64,000 nucleotides of DNA, taken from Candidatus Collierbacteria bacterium (GTDB lineage Bacteria > Patescibacteriota > Microgenomatia > UBA1400 > JACPES01). The DNA is taken from contig JACRNH010000014.1 of NCBI GenBank assembly GCA_016219325.1, positions 132-64,131 of the forward strand. The letters run 5' to 3'. The translations under genes were made by a program, and so were the position numbers. Of the stretch, positions 17,645 through 27,631 are shown piece after piece (position 1 is the stretch's first letter; every line of letters starts with the position of its first letter). The notes beneath the pieces are model-generated. The model was not told the DNA's origin and made no database searches. It saw only the letters and a program-made list of their open reading frames with translations.

Positions 17645-18049
17645 TTAATCCCAAAGCAATATGTGTTTTAGGTCTTTAGCCTTTTTGTAATATTCTTTGT
17701 CGCAAGTGATAAATATTCCGTCTAAAAGAATAGCTGCGTAATGATAGGCGCAATCGTAAACGGTAGTTTTAGTCGCAAACGCCTGTTTCATGGCTTCTAA
17801 AACATGAGAAGATTTTATATCGAAAATAGCTATTGGCAGGCCGGACATTTTTTCAAATGCTAAGGTGGCCTGTTCTTGAATGCAGCCTAAAAATCTCAAT
17901 CCATTGGCAAATTCTAATTTGACTAAAGGAATGGACATTATCCTGGCTTTTTTATCAGCAAACAATTTTTCAAATCGCTTGCGGATTTCCGGCCTTTCTC
18001 CCATCAAAGACGAAATCAGAACCGAAGCGTCAATTATATAAGTTTTCAC
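17645..18049 (-). CDS. vapC: PIN-domain toxin (VapC family)
   Basis: N-terminal IIDASVLI motif, 134 aa, 4-bp overlap with the upstream antitoxin gene. Confidence 0.75.
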   Translation of the reverse strand: MKTYIIDASVLISSLMGERPEIRKRFEKLFADKKARIMSIPLVKLEFANGLRFLGCIQEQATLAFEKMSGLPIAIFDIKSSHVLEAMKQAFATKTTVYDCAYHYAAILLDGIFITCDKEYYKKAKDLKHILLWD

Positions 18050-18276
18050 AATCTACCCTTTTCTATCGCCGCGAGGATCGCAGCAGTATTTTTTCTGGGT
18101 AAATTATCTCCTGCTTCCAGGAATTGCGCCACCGGATCAGAAACAGACTTAGCAGAAGCCATCTTTTGCTCTACGGCCTCTGTTACAAATCTGCTAATCT
18201 GTCCCACCGGCACGATCCTGACCAAATTTTGGTAAGTATAATCCGGGAGACTAACAGTAATACGACTTGTATTCAT
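18046..18276 (-). CDS. vapB: Antitoxin (ribbon-helix-helix-like, VapB)
   Basis: 76 aa, RITVSLPDYTYQNL motif, coupled to the PIN gene. Confidence 0.6.
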   Translation of the reverse strand: MNTSRITVSLPDYTYQNLVRIVPVGQISRFVTEAVEQKMASAKSVSDPVAQFLEAGDNLPRKNTAAILAAIEKGRL

Positions 18277-18338
18277 ACTTGAAATATGATACTAGTTCAT
18301 AACTATTCTGTCAAGATATTGGTTTACTCGCCAAAACA

Positions 18339-18362
18339 CTTCAATTATTTAAATAATTGAAG
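18339..18362. promoter_or_regulatory. Perfect 24-bp palindrome upstream of vapBC (candidate operator)
   Basis: cttcaattattt|aaataattgaag, about 60 bp upstream of the vapB start. Confidence 0.4.
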
Positions 18363-18544
18363 TCTATTGATGTTTTTTCTTTATCTCCCACCAGTCTTTA
18401 ACGTCATTTATAAAATGGCGGGCGGCAACTTTTGCCTTGCTAAGATAAAAATAGTATAATGAATATCAAAAATAACATTTGTTAATACTTTCTTACGATC
18501 GTAAGGAAATAGTAACAAATCCAATAGTTTAAAATTGTCGGAAG

Positions 18545-19444
18545 ATGATATTCGATAGAAAAGTTTTTCGGGAAATAATCCAAAGGTTATTTCCTAATAT
18601 CAAAGACGGACAAATCCAAATATTTGACGACGGGTGGGACTATGTTGTATTTGTGATTGAAGGACAAAAGGCGGTCCGTTTCCCCAGGCGGCCGGATTAC
18701 GCCAAAAAACTTCCGGTTGAAGTTGCTTTCTTAAACCATTTTGGCGGTCAATTTCCAGTTTCTGTCCCAAAACTTACTCTGCATGCTGATAAAAAAACCT
18801 GTTTGCCCTACGTCACATACGATTTTATCCCCGGCGTCCAGTTTAAGAAAAACGTCAGTGATACTTTTTCTAAAGAAGAATTACGCTTAATCGCTAGCCG
18901 AATTGGCAATTTCTTGGAAAAGCTCCACTCATTGTCAGTTAACAAAGTAAAAAAATTAGGTGTCCGTCAGGTTGAATCTTTGAAAACGTGGAGAAATAAG
19001 TTTGAGAAAATAAAAACAAATGTCTTCCCCCATATTTCTAGACCGGAACAGAATTGGGCAACTTCAATATTCCAGAACTTTTTTACAATTGTTCAGGAAA
19101 GCCCTATCCCCTTAACCGTTATCCATTCTGACATCATGCCAGAACATATTATCGTTAATCCCAAAACACACACCCTTTCCGGCATTATTGATTTCGGAGA
19201 TATCGAAATCGGCGATCCGGCTTATGATTTTGCTTTTTTGGCTAAATATGGAAAAAACTTTCTGGAGTGGACATACGAAAACTATAAACAGCCAAGGGAC
19301 AATGCGTTTGAAATCAGGCGGCAATTTTATCTGGACCGCTTAGTATTGACCAATCTTGAACATTCTATTGAGATAAAAAATCAAACGATGATTAAGAGAC
19401 ATAAGGCTGAATTAGGCGCTTATATCTCACGAAACGAAGGTTAA
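18545..19444 (+). CDS. Aminoglycoside/choline-kinase-type phosphotransferase (APH family)
   Basis: HSDIMPEHIIVN (Brenner-type motif) and IIDFGDIEIGDPAYDFA. Confidence 0.7.
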   Translation: MIFDRKVFREIIQRLFPNIKDGQIQIFDDGWDYVVFVIEGQKAVRFPRRPDYAKKLPVEVAFLNHFGGQFPVSVPKLTLHADKKTCLPYVTYDFIPGVQFKKNVSDTFSKEELRLIASRIGNFLEKLHSLSVNKVKKLGVRQVESLKTWRNKFEKIKTNVFPHISRPEQNWATSIFQNFFTIVQESPIPLTVIHSDIMPEHIIVNPKTHTLSGIIDFGDIEIGDPAYDFAFLAKYGKNFLEWTYENYKQPRDNAFEIRRQFYLDRLVLTNLEHSIEIKNQTMIKRHKAELGAYISRNEG

Positions 19445-20626
19445 GGCGACACCGGTTTTTCCGGCCCGGCCGGTCCGGCCGATGCGGTGGATATAATCGT
19501 CATACGACTGCGGCTCGTCATAATTAATTACGTGAGTCACGTCATCAATATCGATTCCGCGGGCGGCCACGTCTGTTGCCAAAAGCGCCTGGACATAGCC
19601 TCTTTTAAAATCATCTAATGATCTTTGTCTGGCTCCGTGAGTTTTGTTGCCGTGAATTGAAGACACTCTTATTCCCCTATCGGATAATTGCTGTTCCAAT
19701 TTATTAATTCCATGTTTTGTTCTGCCAAAAACAATTACTTTCCCAAAATCCTGCTGTAATAGAAGTTTATGCAAAACATCAACCTTATTTTCTCCGGGAC
19801 GGACGTTGACCACGTCCTGATGAATATGATTGCTGGTTTCTTTGGTTTTGACGGTAAATTGAACCGGATCTGTCAAAAACTCACGCATGATCTGCTCGGC
19901 GTCGCGGTTCATGGTGGCGCTAAGAAATGCGGAATGGCGCCTGGTTGATAGTTTTGAAATTAAAAAGCGGATATCTTCTCTAAACCCAATATCCAGCATC
20001 CGGTCAACTTCATCCAAGACCACGTTGGTAAACATCGCCGGATTAAACGCCCTTCTATTTATCAAATCTTTAATTCTTCCCGGAGTCCCGATCACGAAAT
20101 GCGGATTGCGATGGAGAGTTTTGATTTGAGCGGAGATACTGGTGCCGCCAATGCATAAACAAGACCCAATCGGCAGGCCGGCCGAAAACATCCGCAGTTC
20201 AGTATTGATCTGCAGGGCTAATTCGTGGGTCGGAGCCAAAATAAGTACGCCTTGTTCCGGATCCAAAGCAACCTTATTAATGAAGGGAAGCAAAAAAACC
20301 GCGGTTTTGCCGGTGCCGGTATTGGCGATAGCCACTACGTCCCGCCCCTCTAACATAGCCGGAATCGCTTGATCCTGAATCGGAGTCGGAATATCATATT
20401 GATGGCGGCGGATATTCTCCATTAACTTCGGGTGCAAAGCGAAGTCGGCAAATTTGTGCGTAGCAACATACGGAACTTCCGCTTCCGGAGCAGCGGCCAT
20501 ATTTTTGTATAGCGATGGATTTAGCGAAGGCCTCCCGCTTCGACGCGAGGCGAGCCGCCCCCGGTTTCCGTTGAAACGGGGATGCCCACCGAAAGGACGG
20601 GCACGCCGTTGAAATTGGTATGACAT
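19427..20626 (-). CDS. DEAD-box ATP-dependent RNA helicase with an RG-rich N-terminal extension
   Basis: Q motif (TPIQDQAIP), AIANTGTGKT, DEVD, SAT and HRIGRTGRAG motifs. The first ~40 codons are GC-rich and encode an Arg/Gly-rich segment. Confidence 0.9.
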   Translation of the reverse strand: MSYQFQRRARPFGGHPRFNGNRGRLASRRSGRPSLNPSLYKNMAAAPEAEVPYVATHKFADFALHPKLMENIRRHQYDIPTPIQDQAIPAMLEGRDVVAIANTGTGKTAVFLLPFINKVALDPEQGVLILAPTHELALQINTELRMFSAGLPIGSCLCIGGTSISAQIKTLHRNPHFVIGTPGRIKDLINRRAFNPAMFTNVVLDEVDRMLDIGFREDIRFLISKLSTRRHSAFLSATMNRDAEQIMREFLTDPVQFTVKTKETSNHIHQDVVNVRPGENKVDVLHKLLLQQDFGKVIVFGRTKHGINKLEQQLSDRGIRVSSIHGNKTHGARQRSLDDFKRGYVQALLATDVAARGIDIDDVTHVINYDEPQSYDDYIHRIGRTGRAGKTGVALTFVS

Positions 20627-20701
20627 AAATTAGTATCGGAGAGAATCACATGGGGTGGAGTACACCTTTTCAAACCGAAGAACTATAGTATAGCACAATT
20701 T

Positions 20702-21316
20702 CTAACTTAAGTCTTTCTTCTTTTCCTCAAACTCTTTTTTCTCGATTTCTCCGCCGGCGTAACGCTGTTTCAAAATATCCAACGGAGTTTTGCCGTCTTT
20801 ACTATCCCCGGATCTAATTATGTATCGGATTAAAGCCGCCACTCCGAGAACAAACAAAGCCCAAAACAGAAGCATGGACACCCAGCTTAATCCAAAACCG
20901 CCCCAACCTCCATATCCCATCATATAATTTCCACCTCCCTTCGTCGCGACATTAGAACCGCAGCCGCTCAATCTTTTGCCCATTGCGGCGTGCATTTGCT
21001 CTTCGCCCTCTTTCCCCATCATTTGTTCCATCATTTTGTTCATGGATTCGTGAGAATCACCGGCCGTCTGCCCCATAAAATACTCACCCAGCAATTCAAA
21101 GCTGCTATCGGTCAGATCTTTACATTCAAGTTGTTTGGCCTGAAGTTTTTCCCAAATTGCCTTGCCTTCGATTTCTTCGGAAGCAGCGTATATCCTGCCG
21201 GCCCTAGCCGAAAAAACTAATAAAAATAAAATCAAAAGAAATGTCCGGAAAATTGATTTCAACTTGTACCCCTTCTTATTGTTTTTCATTTTAGCACTAT
21301 TGTTGATTTTTCCCAA
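20702..21316 (-). CDS. Membrane protein with a C-terminal SHOCT domain
   Basis: Signal/TM segment and a C-terminal LDILKQRYAGGEIEKKEFEEKKKDL. Confidence 0.5.
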   Translation of the reverse strand: MGKINNSAKMKNNKKGYKLKSIFRTFLLILFLLVFSARAGRIYAASEEIEGKAIWEKLQAKQLECKDLTDSSFELLGEYFMGQTAGDSHESMNKMMEQMMGKEGEEQMHAAMGKRLSGCGSNVATKGGGNYMMGYGGWGGFGLSWVSMLLFWALFVLGVAALIRYIIRSGDSKDGKTPLDILKQRYAGGEIEKKEFEEKKKDLS

Positions 21317-21326
21317 CTCGTTTGTT

Positions 21327-21379
21327 AGTCTATACTAGACTGATGATTAGACTAATCGCTGGACTAATTTTAGACTGAT
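21327..21379. promoter_or_regulatory. Operator-like repeat cluster upstream of the Fic gene
   Basis: Inverted repeat agtcta-tac-tagact (21327-21341) plus three direct (T/G)AGACT(A/G)AT repeats at about 21348, 21361 and 21371. Confidence 0.4.
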
Positions 21380-21383
21380 TCCT

Positions 21384-22592
21384 ATGACAAATACAACGAT
21401 TCAAAAACCATTTTTTCATCCGTTTTTATCCGCGTTTGCGCTGGCGCCGGAGACGGTGCCGTTTTCCGACAAAGAAATAGCCGAATTTGACCGGGAGTTA
21501 TCAGAATACGAACAAATATTTCTGAATCCGGATGTTGAAAAAAGCTTGATCAGCAAGAACGAACTGCTGGCTTCGTTTGCCATTTCTAAGGCCGAAAATT
21601 CACAGCTGACGCTGACAGAAGCACGAGATGTTTATGATCTGATGATTTCCGACCCTGATTATGATTTTATTAATGAAAAGCTCAAAACCCGAAAAAAACT
21701 GACTCAAAAAGATCACGATAAACTGGAATTTTTTAATATCGCGAAAACGTTTAGGGCTGTCAATCAGAAATCCCTGACGATAGCGGATCTGACTCCGCAT
21801 TTTTTGCGAAGCATCCACCAACAACTAACTCAAGGGCTTGACGTATTCGCGGATTCTCTCCCCGACTTTACCCCATATAAATCAGGCGAATGGAGAAACA
21901 ACGATCTGATTCGAGTCGGAAATTATGTTCCGGCGCCGCACGTCCAGATCGAAACGGGAGTAACGGAACTGTTGGGTTGGCTGAAAAAACATTTTACCGT
22001 TACCGGCGTTGCAATTTTCCATACCGCTTTATACGCCCTACACCCATTTAATAACGGAAATAAACGGGTCTGCCGAGTCCTGGAACACTTATTGCTACGC
22101 AGCCTGGGACTCAACACTAAAAACCTCTACAGCACATCATATTACTACCATAAACAAAAACCTCGGTACTATAAATATCTCCTTTACTCGCTGGAACGAA
22201 AGAACCTAGACCACTTTGTATCATTTGCACTGGAGGCCCTGGTCCTTTCAATCGTGTCAGTGGTAAAAACGAGTTTGGAAGTAAAGCGGAGCGAATTCTT
22301 AGATCGACAAAACTTAGAAGGGCTGATGAAAACGGCGCTACAACCTCTTGTCAAACATCAAGAGGTGCAATTCAAAAACCTTTTCCGTCACGCCCGAAAG
22401 AAAATGGCGCGGCAAACATTAGTGACATACCTTCAGAAAGCCACCGAACAAGACATGCTGGCGAAGCGAGAATCGGGACGGACCACCTTCTACGGCCTAA
22501 ACATTGACTTTCCCGAGGTAAATACGCTTAAGAAATGGCGCGATGTTATCGCGAAAAAATTGACATTCATTCCCGACGAGATTCGATTATAA
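21384..22592 (+). CDS. Fic/DOC family protein
   Basis: Fic core motif HPFNNGNKRVCR, a variant of HPFx[DE]GNGR. Confidence 0.7.
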   Translation: MTNTTIQKPFFHPFLSAFALAPETVPFSDKEIAEFDRELSEYEQIFLNPDVEKSLISKNELLASFAISKAENSQLTLTEARDVYDLMISDPDYDFINEKLKTRKKLTQKDHDKLEFFNIAKTFRAVNQKSLTIADLTPHFLRSIHQQLTQGLDVFADSLPDFTPYKSGEWRNNDLIRVGNYVPAPHVQIETGVTELLGWLKKHFTVTGVAIFHTALYALHPFNNGNKRVCRVLEHLLLRSLGLNTKNLYSTSYYYHKQKPRYYKYLLYSLERKNLDHFVSFALEALVLSIVSVVKTSLEVKRSEFLDRQNLEGLMKTALQPLVKHQEVQFKNLFRHARKKMARQTLVTYLQKATEQDMLAKRESGRTTFYGLNIDFPEVNTLKKWRDVIAKKLTFIPDEIRL

Positions 22593-22752
22593 GCAGCTAT
22601 TTTACCGACTAAGGCGTTGCACTTCTAATGCGAACTCATGATTCCTCTATGTTAAAATTAAATTTGATGGACAACACAGAAGCTGTTAGATATTGGCTAA
22701 AAATCGGGAAAGGGCTTTATGAAGGATTTGCTAAGAAATTGGAGGAAAATAT

Positions 22753-23079
22753 ATGAGCCGGCAAAACGCTTTACAATTAGCTTCGAAATTTATAAACATT
22801 GTCAAAAATGAAGGAATCCCGGTAAAGAAAGCTTTTTTATTCTGTTCGTGGGCCAAAGGAACTGCTGACGAAAACAGCGATATCGATGTTTGCGTAATAT
22901 CGCCGGTATTTGGAGCGGATTACACCGGCGAAATGGCCAAGCTGCTAACTATCGCCCAAAAAGTTGACAGCCGGATTGAATCTATCCCTTTTAATCCGGA
23001 AGATATGCTTGACCCCTATAGCTCTCTGGCTTCAGAAATAAAAGCAACGGGCGTAGCGATTCCTATGAGCATTAACTAA
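22753..23079 (+). CDS. Nucleotidyltransferase (MNT-type, Pol-beta superfamily), no HEPN partner seen
   Basis: GS-x-AKG...SDIDVCVIS motif. GGAGGA RBS. Confidence 0.7.
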   Translation: MSRQNALQLASKFINIVKNEGIPVKKAFLFCSWAKGTADENSDIDVCVISPVFGADYTGEMAKLLTIAQKVDSRIESIPFNPEDMLDPYSSLASEIKATGVAIPMSIN

Positions 23080-23420
23080 TGCCTGGTAATTGTAATTTTG
23101 GGGTTGTCTTTAATCAAATCCCAATCAATATATTTTAAAAGCTGATTGCTGTTGAATCCGCCGATAACTGTAATTATGGCTTTGACATTTTTATCCCCAA
23201 AAGCTTGGTGTAAATCTTCAATTCTGGATTGAATGCTGGTCGAGGCAAAATCGTCAATTTCCTCAACATGTTTTCCGAAGCTCAACTTTAATCCCAAATC
23301 CGCAAATCTTTTATCGGCAATCTCCCGGCTTCTTTTAGTGATAATCGAGAGCGATCTGGACGGAGCGATAATCCTAACTTCATCCCCGGCTTTTAGTTTT
23401 CGCGGATAAATCTTTTGCAT
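23076..23420 (-). pseudogene. LD-carboxypeptidase (peptidase S66, LdcA) N-terminal fragment, truncated
   Basis: LKAGDEVRIIAPS and VKAIITVIGGFNSNQLL match the S66 N-domain, but the ORF stops at 114 aa against the usual ~300. The C-terminal catalytic region is absent. Confidence 0.5.
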
Positions 23421-23431
23421 GAAAAATTTTT

Positions 23432-24670
23432 TTACATTAAATACACTTCCTCTTCTGAAATTAAATAAAACTTTTTTTTAAGATGCAGCGCCGATTCCTG
23501 GTATTTCTTCTCATCTGTATTCACCCCGGACTTTATTTCAAAAGCCGCTTTTTCTACCACAAAGTCCAATTCCCTATTGTTAATTCTATAATAATCCACT
23601 TTCCCATATTGTTCTAAAAGCCTCATAAAAACATAGTTTTCAAAATATCGGCCAAAAACCCTAGTATCGTTCAAATAAGAAGTATCAAATCCATTAAGGC
23701 AAAGCGCTAAATTTAAATTTAACCCGTAAATTTTTTTGGTACCAGATAGTTTTCTTCTCATGCTTTTAAAACCAGCGTTATAACAAACATTAAATAAGGC
23801 AATTTCTTCCAGAATTTTCACGTATTCCGCTATTTCCCGCCTATCAGCATCCAATGTTTTTGCCAAGTTATTCGCGCTGTATTCTTGCGCCAGATCAAAA
23901 AATAAAGTCTTAACTACGCTTAAAAACAACTGTCTGTTAATTTTTGCTGAAAAATATGGAATGTCAAAATTAATAATTTGATCGCTCAAGTCCAGAATAT
24001 ATTTACTAGGATTTAATTCCGGATTGGTAATTAATTCCGGGTATTGTCCATAAACCAAATATTTTTTAAACTCTGTCTTGTAAATAGGTAAATTAGATAT
24101 GAATTTCGCTCGATCCTCTGATGGCTCTTCAATATTTTTGAATCTCAAATACTCATGAAAATTTAAGGCCCCAAGCTTATATTTCGCTATCCTTCCTCCC
24201 AAACTTTCTTTTGACCTCTGACGATAAAATAAAGAGGTTGAACCGCTGACAACAAATTTAACGTCGTCCAAAAGATCGTAAGAATATTTAATTTGATCCT
24301 GCCAAAAATCAATGTATTGGATTTCGTCAAAGAAGACATATTTTTTTCCCTGACCCGCGTATTTTTTCAAAAACAAACCTAAAATCGCGTTAATTATATC
24401 TTTTTCGTTTAAACTTCCTGAAAACTGAAAATAACAGATGTTTTTTGATGGGACGCGCTTATTTCTGATGAGCCACGCCATCACTTGTTTCATCAGGAAT
24501 GTTTTTCCGTTTCTTCTGGGACCCGATAGAGTCACAATCAGTCTTTTTTTTCTTGTCTCTTGGCAAAAATTATCAAAAATATCCCGCCTAAAACCAATTG
24601 TTTCAATTTTACTTGAAATCCATTGCGGGTTTTGTTTAATCAATAATTCTTCAAGGTTGTACAAATTCAT
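23432..24670 (-). CDS. AAA+ ATPase of the AAA_14/DUF4143 family
   Basis: Walker A LSGPRRNGKTFL, then a DUF4143-like C-terminal half. Confidence 0.75.
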   Translation of the reverse strand: MNLYNLEELLIKQNPQWISSKIETIGFRRDIFDNFCQETRKKRLIVTLSGPRRNGKTFLMKQVMAWLIRNKRVPSKNICYFQFSGSLNEKDIINAILGLFLKKYAGQGKKYVFFDEIQYIDFWQDQIKYSYDLLDDVKFVVSGSTSLFYRQRSKESLGGRIAKYKLGALNFHEYLRFKNIEEPSEDRAKFISNLPIYKTEFKKYLVYGQYPELITNPELNPSKYILDLSDQIINFDIPYFSAKINRQLFLSVVKTLFFDLAQEYSANNLAKTLDADRREIAEYVKILEEIALFNVCYNAGFKSMRRKLSGTKKIYGLNLNLALCLNGFDTSYLNDTRVFGRYFENYVFMRLLEQYGKVDYYRINNRELDFVVEKAAFEIKSGVNTDEKKYQESALHLKKKFYLISEEEVYLM

Positions 24671-24762
24671 GACAGTTTTATGCTAATAGTTGTACATTAG
24701 TTTGTCAAGTATCTATTAACACTCGTATTAAATCGCGCAGAAAATCGCGTAAACAAATCATT

Positions 24763-25251
24763 CTAAGCCTCCTTTTTTGCTCTAATAATCTCCAGCACCG
24801 GCGTCAGGTGAAATTTAACCTGAATGTCCTTGTCCAGCCTTAACTTAATCATCGGAAAATCCGGTTGGCCGATGGCGCTGATGTCCCAAGAAATATTGAG
24901 GTATTTTTTCATAAACGATTCAAAATCGCCAATCACAAATTCAACATGTTCCAATGCTGATGGACAAACTTGGCCTTCTTTCGGGGCCACCAATTCAATT
25001 GCCATATTTGTGTACTGATGATAGTGGAACGGATTGTTAAGTTTGTAAATTCCAACTCTGCGTCCGCCGACAATTTTTTCTGAAACGAATTGGCCGAGTT
25101 TATCAAACTCTGCTTTTAGATTGTCATAATCTTCGTTGGATGAGGCCTGATAGCCGATATGATCCATGTTCAGGCCGGATACGTCAATCTTCAATTCGCC
25201 AAGCTTGTCCAAAACTCCTTTAATAAAAGTTTCGTAATTCTCTAAAATCAT
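24763..25251 (-). CDS. Hypothetical protein (VOC/YecM-like fold suggested)
   Basis: 162-aa ORF with His/Glu-rich segments. Weak resemblance only. Confidence 0.35.
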   Translation of the reverse strand: MILENYETFIKGVLDKLGELKIDVSGLNMDHIGYQASSNEDYDNLKAEFDKLGQFVSEKIVGGRRVGIYKLNNPFHYHQYTNMAIELVAPKEGQVCPSALEHVEFVIGDFESFMKKYLNISWDISAIGQPDFPMIKLRLDKDIQVKFHLTPVLEIIRAKKEA

Positions 25252-25436
25252 ATTTTTTATTGTTGAAATATCCTTCTATTGTTGTTTATTGCTTAATTTT
25301 ACCTTAAACTTTGACAGCATGTTTAATTATTCCATTGCCGACGAAGAACACTGGAATTATATAAAATGTTATATAACATTTTATATTTATCATCATAATA
25401 AAAAGGGGTTAATTTTTTCTTTTGACATGACATCAA

Positions 25437-26306
25437 TTATTTAGATGCCTTCATCTTAGCGTATGCCTCTGCCGGAGATAAACCGTTTAAACATTTATGG
25501 GGAAAATAATTCCATATATCCTGCATTATTTCCGGCTTCTCGTACAAAAACTTCTCGGATAACCCTTTCTTAGTTAAGCTCTTCCAGAAGTCTAATATAT
25601 TTACCCTGTTCTCTTGATAAATTTCACTTATCAAAGCGTCAAAAGTAAGGCTGAAACGATACTTCTCCGCGTTTTCTTCAAAAACCTGTTTGAGCTGTTT
25701 CCTTCTGTTTTTGATTTGTTTTTTAGTTACCGCTTCCGGAGGCGCCTGATTATTGTTATGCGCCATCAGCAACTCAACCGTATCTCTCGGTGAATAATTT
25801 GTAATCTTAAACCTCCTCATGTGTTTTTTAGATCTTTCGGTATACGTTATAGGAAAATAAACGGAATTTGCCCCAACCAAATACCAATTACCGTTAACTT
25901 TAGCGATTCTACCGGGAATTGACCCCTTATCTTTTAAGGTTATAGTGCCTGTTTTTTCCAATACTTTATAGATTTTTCCGGTATGAAGGTCTTCCAGAAT
26001 AAACCATTTCCCTTTATTGATCTCTTGGATTTCAAACATGCTGTAAAATTGAGATCGGGAGATTTGCTCAAATTGGCCAATCTTTTCAGCGTCAAAATTG
26101 TCAGGGTTCCGGAGAATATACTCAACCAAAAATGTGGTCCCGCCTTTTTGTTTATACTCAAAAGTCAACCATTCTAAAAATAGCTCTTCCCACTCTGTTC
26201 GCAATTGGTCTACAGGCAAATGCCCAAAAAACTCCCTATACGCTTTGTCGACCTCACCGGGCTTGGTCATCGAAAAATCTATCACTTTCCGTAACGGAAA
26301 CCTCAT
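25437..26306 (-). CDS. Hypothetical protein
   Basis: 289-aa ORF with coding-like composition. No recognised motif. Confidence 0.4.
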   Translation of the reverse strand: MRFPLRKVIDFSMTKPGEVDKAYREFFGHLPVDQLRTEWEELFLEWLTFEYKQKGGTTFLVEYILRNPDNFDAEKIGQFEQISRSQFYSMFEIQEINKGKWFILEDLHTGKIYKVLEKTGTITLKDKGSIPGRIAKVNGNWYLVGANSVYFPITYTERSKKHMRRFKITNYSPRDTVELLMAHNNNQAPPEAVTKKQIKNRRKQLKQVFEENAEKYRFSLTFDALISEIYQENRVNILDFWKSLTKKGLSEKFLYEKPEIMQDIWNYFPHKCLNGLSPAEAYAKMKASK

Positions 26307-26348
26307 ATTTGCTAGTCTAACATGCCAGCCCGTAGCTGTAAAAACAGA

Positions 26349-26966
26349 TCAGAAGCCTAAATTTTCTTCAACCAAAATCATGCGGACTTTCCGGCCCAAT
26401 TTCGGATTCTCGCCTTTAAAAACAACAATTTTATTCACGGCTGTCCCAACCCCGTACTTTTCCATCATATGTTTATCTTCCAGCGGGACAACGTAATCTT
26501 CCAAACGCTTCATGGCTTCAGCAAACGAGGAAACAATTTTTTTGGTGCTGACGACAAAGATTAAATTCGGCGAGGTAAAAACAATGTGCGGCAGCTGGCT
26601 GCCGGTATTTGAAGCAATGATAAATTCGCCATTTTCCGTCAAGGCATGAACGCTGCCTAAATAATAATCCGACAGAACCGCCTGTTTCCGCAAGGCGGAT
26701 TGTTTAACCTGATCTTTTTCCGCCACGATCCCCTCGTGTAAATTATTCCATCCATGCGTTCCGGATTTAAGATAATCCACAAACCCGATTTGCTCCAGAG
26801 TCACCGAGGCTCCATTCATAACCGAGGCCCCCTGAGGAATTAATGATTTGATTTTTTCTAAGGCTTCCGCCCCGTTTTTTACCACCGCCGCTTCAACATG
26901 CTTTTCCGCCAAAGCCATAACCGTCCGGTCAACAATTTCTTTTGATGCCAATAAAGTGTAATCCAT
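26349..26966 (-). CDS. LUD-domain (DUF162, lactate-utilisation B/C-like) protein
   Basis: LSDYYLGSVHALTENGEFIIASNTGSQL resembles the LUD-domain core. Confidence 0.55.
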   Translation of the reverse strand: MDYTLLASKEIVDRTVMALAEKHVEAAVVKNGAEALEKIKSLIPQGASVMNGASVTLEQIGFVDYLKSGTHGWNNLHEGIVAEKDQVKQSALRKQAVLSDYYLGSVHALTENGEFIIASNTGSQLPHIVFTSPNLIFVVSTKKIVSSFAEAMKRLEDYVVPLEDKHMMEKYGVGTAVNKIVVFKGENPKLGRKVRMILVEENLGF

Positions 26967-27055
26967 TTAATTTTAGTATGACTATAAAGCGGTCTGAAGT
27001 CAAATATTCCGGGGACTTTCACAAGGTGGCATAACGCCAGTATACCCTCTTGAAA

Positions 27056-27631
27056 TTAAATAGTAGACAGATAGTTTCTAAGTTTTTCCAAGGCAATTTT
27101 TCTTGATGAAATCGCATTTTTTTCTGACATTTCCAACTCCCCAAAAGTTTTATCGTTTCCATTTGGCACGAAAACAGAATCCCAGCCAAACCCTTTATCA
27201 CCTCTTGGCTCATCAGGGATAGATCCGTCTATTTTCCCGGAAACAATCTTCAGGTTTTTCCCGTCATAGTAGGCGATAGCCGACTCTGAATAAGCCGTCC
27301 TGTTAGTTTCAGCACGCATCATCTTACAGATTCCCTCGCACCCTACCGTATCTAGAAACCAACGCACCAAGGCTCCGAGCAATCCTTTCCATGCATTAAA
27401 ATACAACGATGTATCTTCTACTAAAATGGCATAACCCAGCGATTTATATGCTTCTTCGGCTTTGTTCTTAATTACTTCTTTCCCGTCAACTGTTTGTATT
27501 TCATCAAGATCGAGTTTTTTAAGTTCAACTTGGAATCCGTCTCCCAAGATGTCCTGGGCCTCTCTTACTTTTCCCTCGGTATTAGTAACAAAAATTATCT
27601 TTTTCATCCCTTTATGGTTTTTCTGCCGCAA
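27056..27631 (-). CDS. rdgB: Non-canonical purine NTP pyrophosphatase (Ham1/RdgB ITPase family)
   Basis: N-terminus KIIFVTNTEGKVREAQDIL and conserved ILVEDTSL / FGWDSVFVP segments. Confidence 0.75.
   Translation of the reverse strand: MRQKNHKGMKKIIFVTNTEGKVREAQDILGDGFQVELKKLDLDEIQTVDGKEVIKNKAEEAYKSLGYAILVEDTSLYFNAWKGLLGALVRWFLDTVGCEGICKMMRAETNRTAYSESAIAYYDGKNLKIVSGKIDGSIPDEPRGDKGFGWDSVFVPNGNDKTFGELEMSEKNAISSRKIALEKLRNYLSTI

Noticed and set aside
20500-20600. The GC-rich helicase 5' region as a separate RNA gene or inserted mobile element
   Set aside because: It stays in frame with the DEAD-box core and encodes an RG-rich N-terminal extension of a kind known in this family. Only a short 9-mer is shared with the other GC patch.
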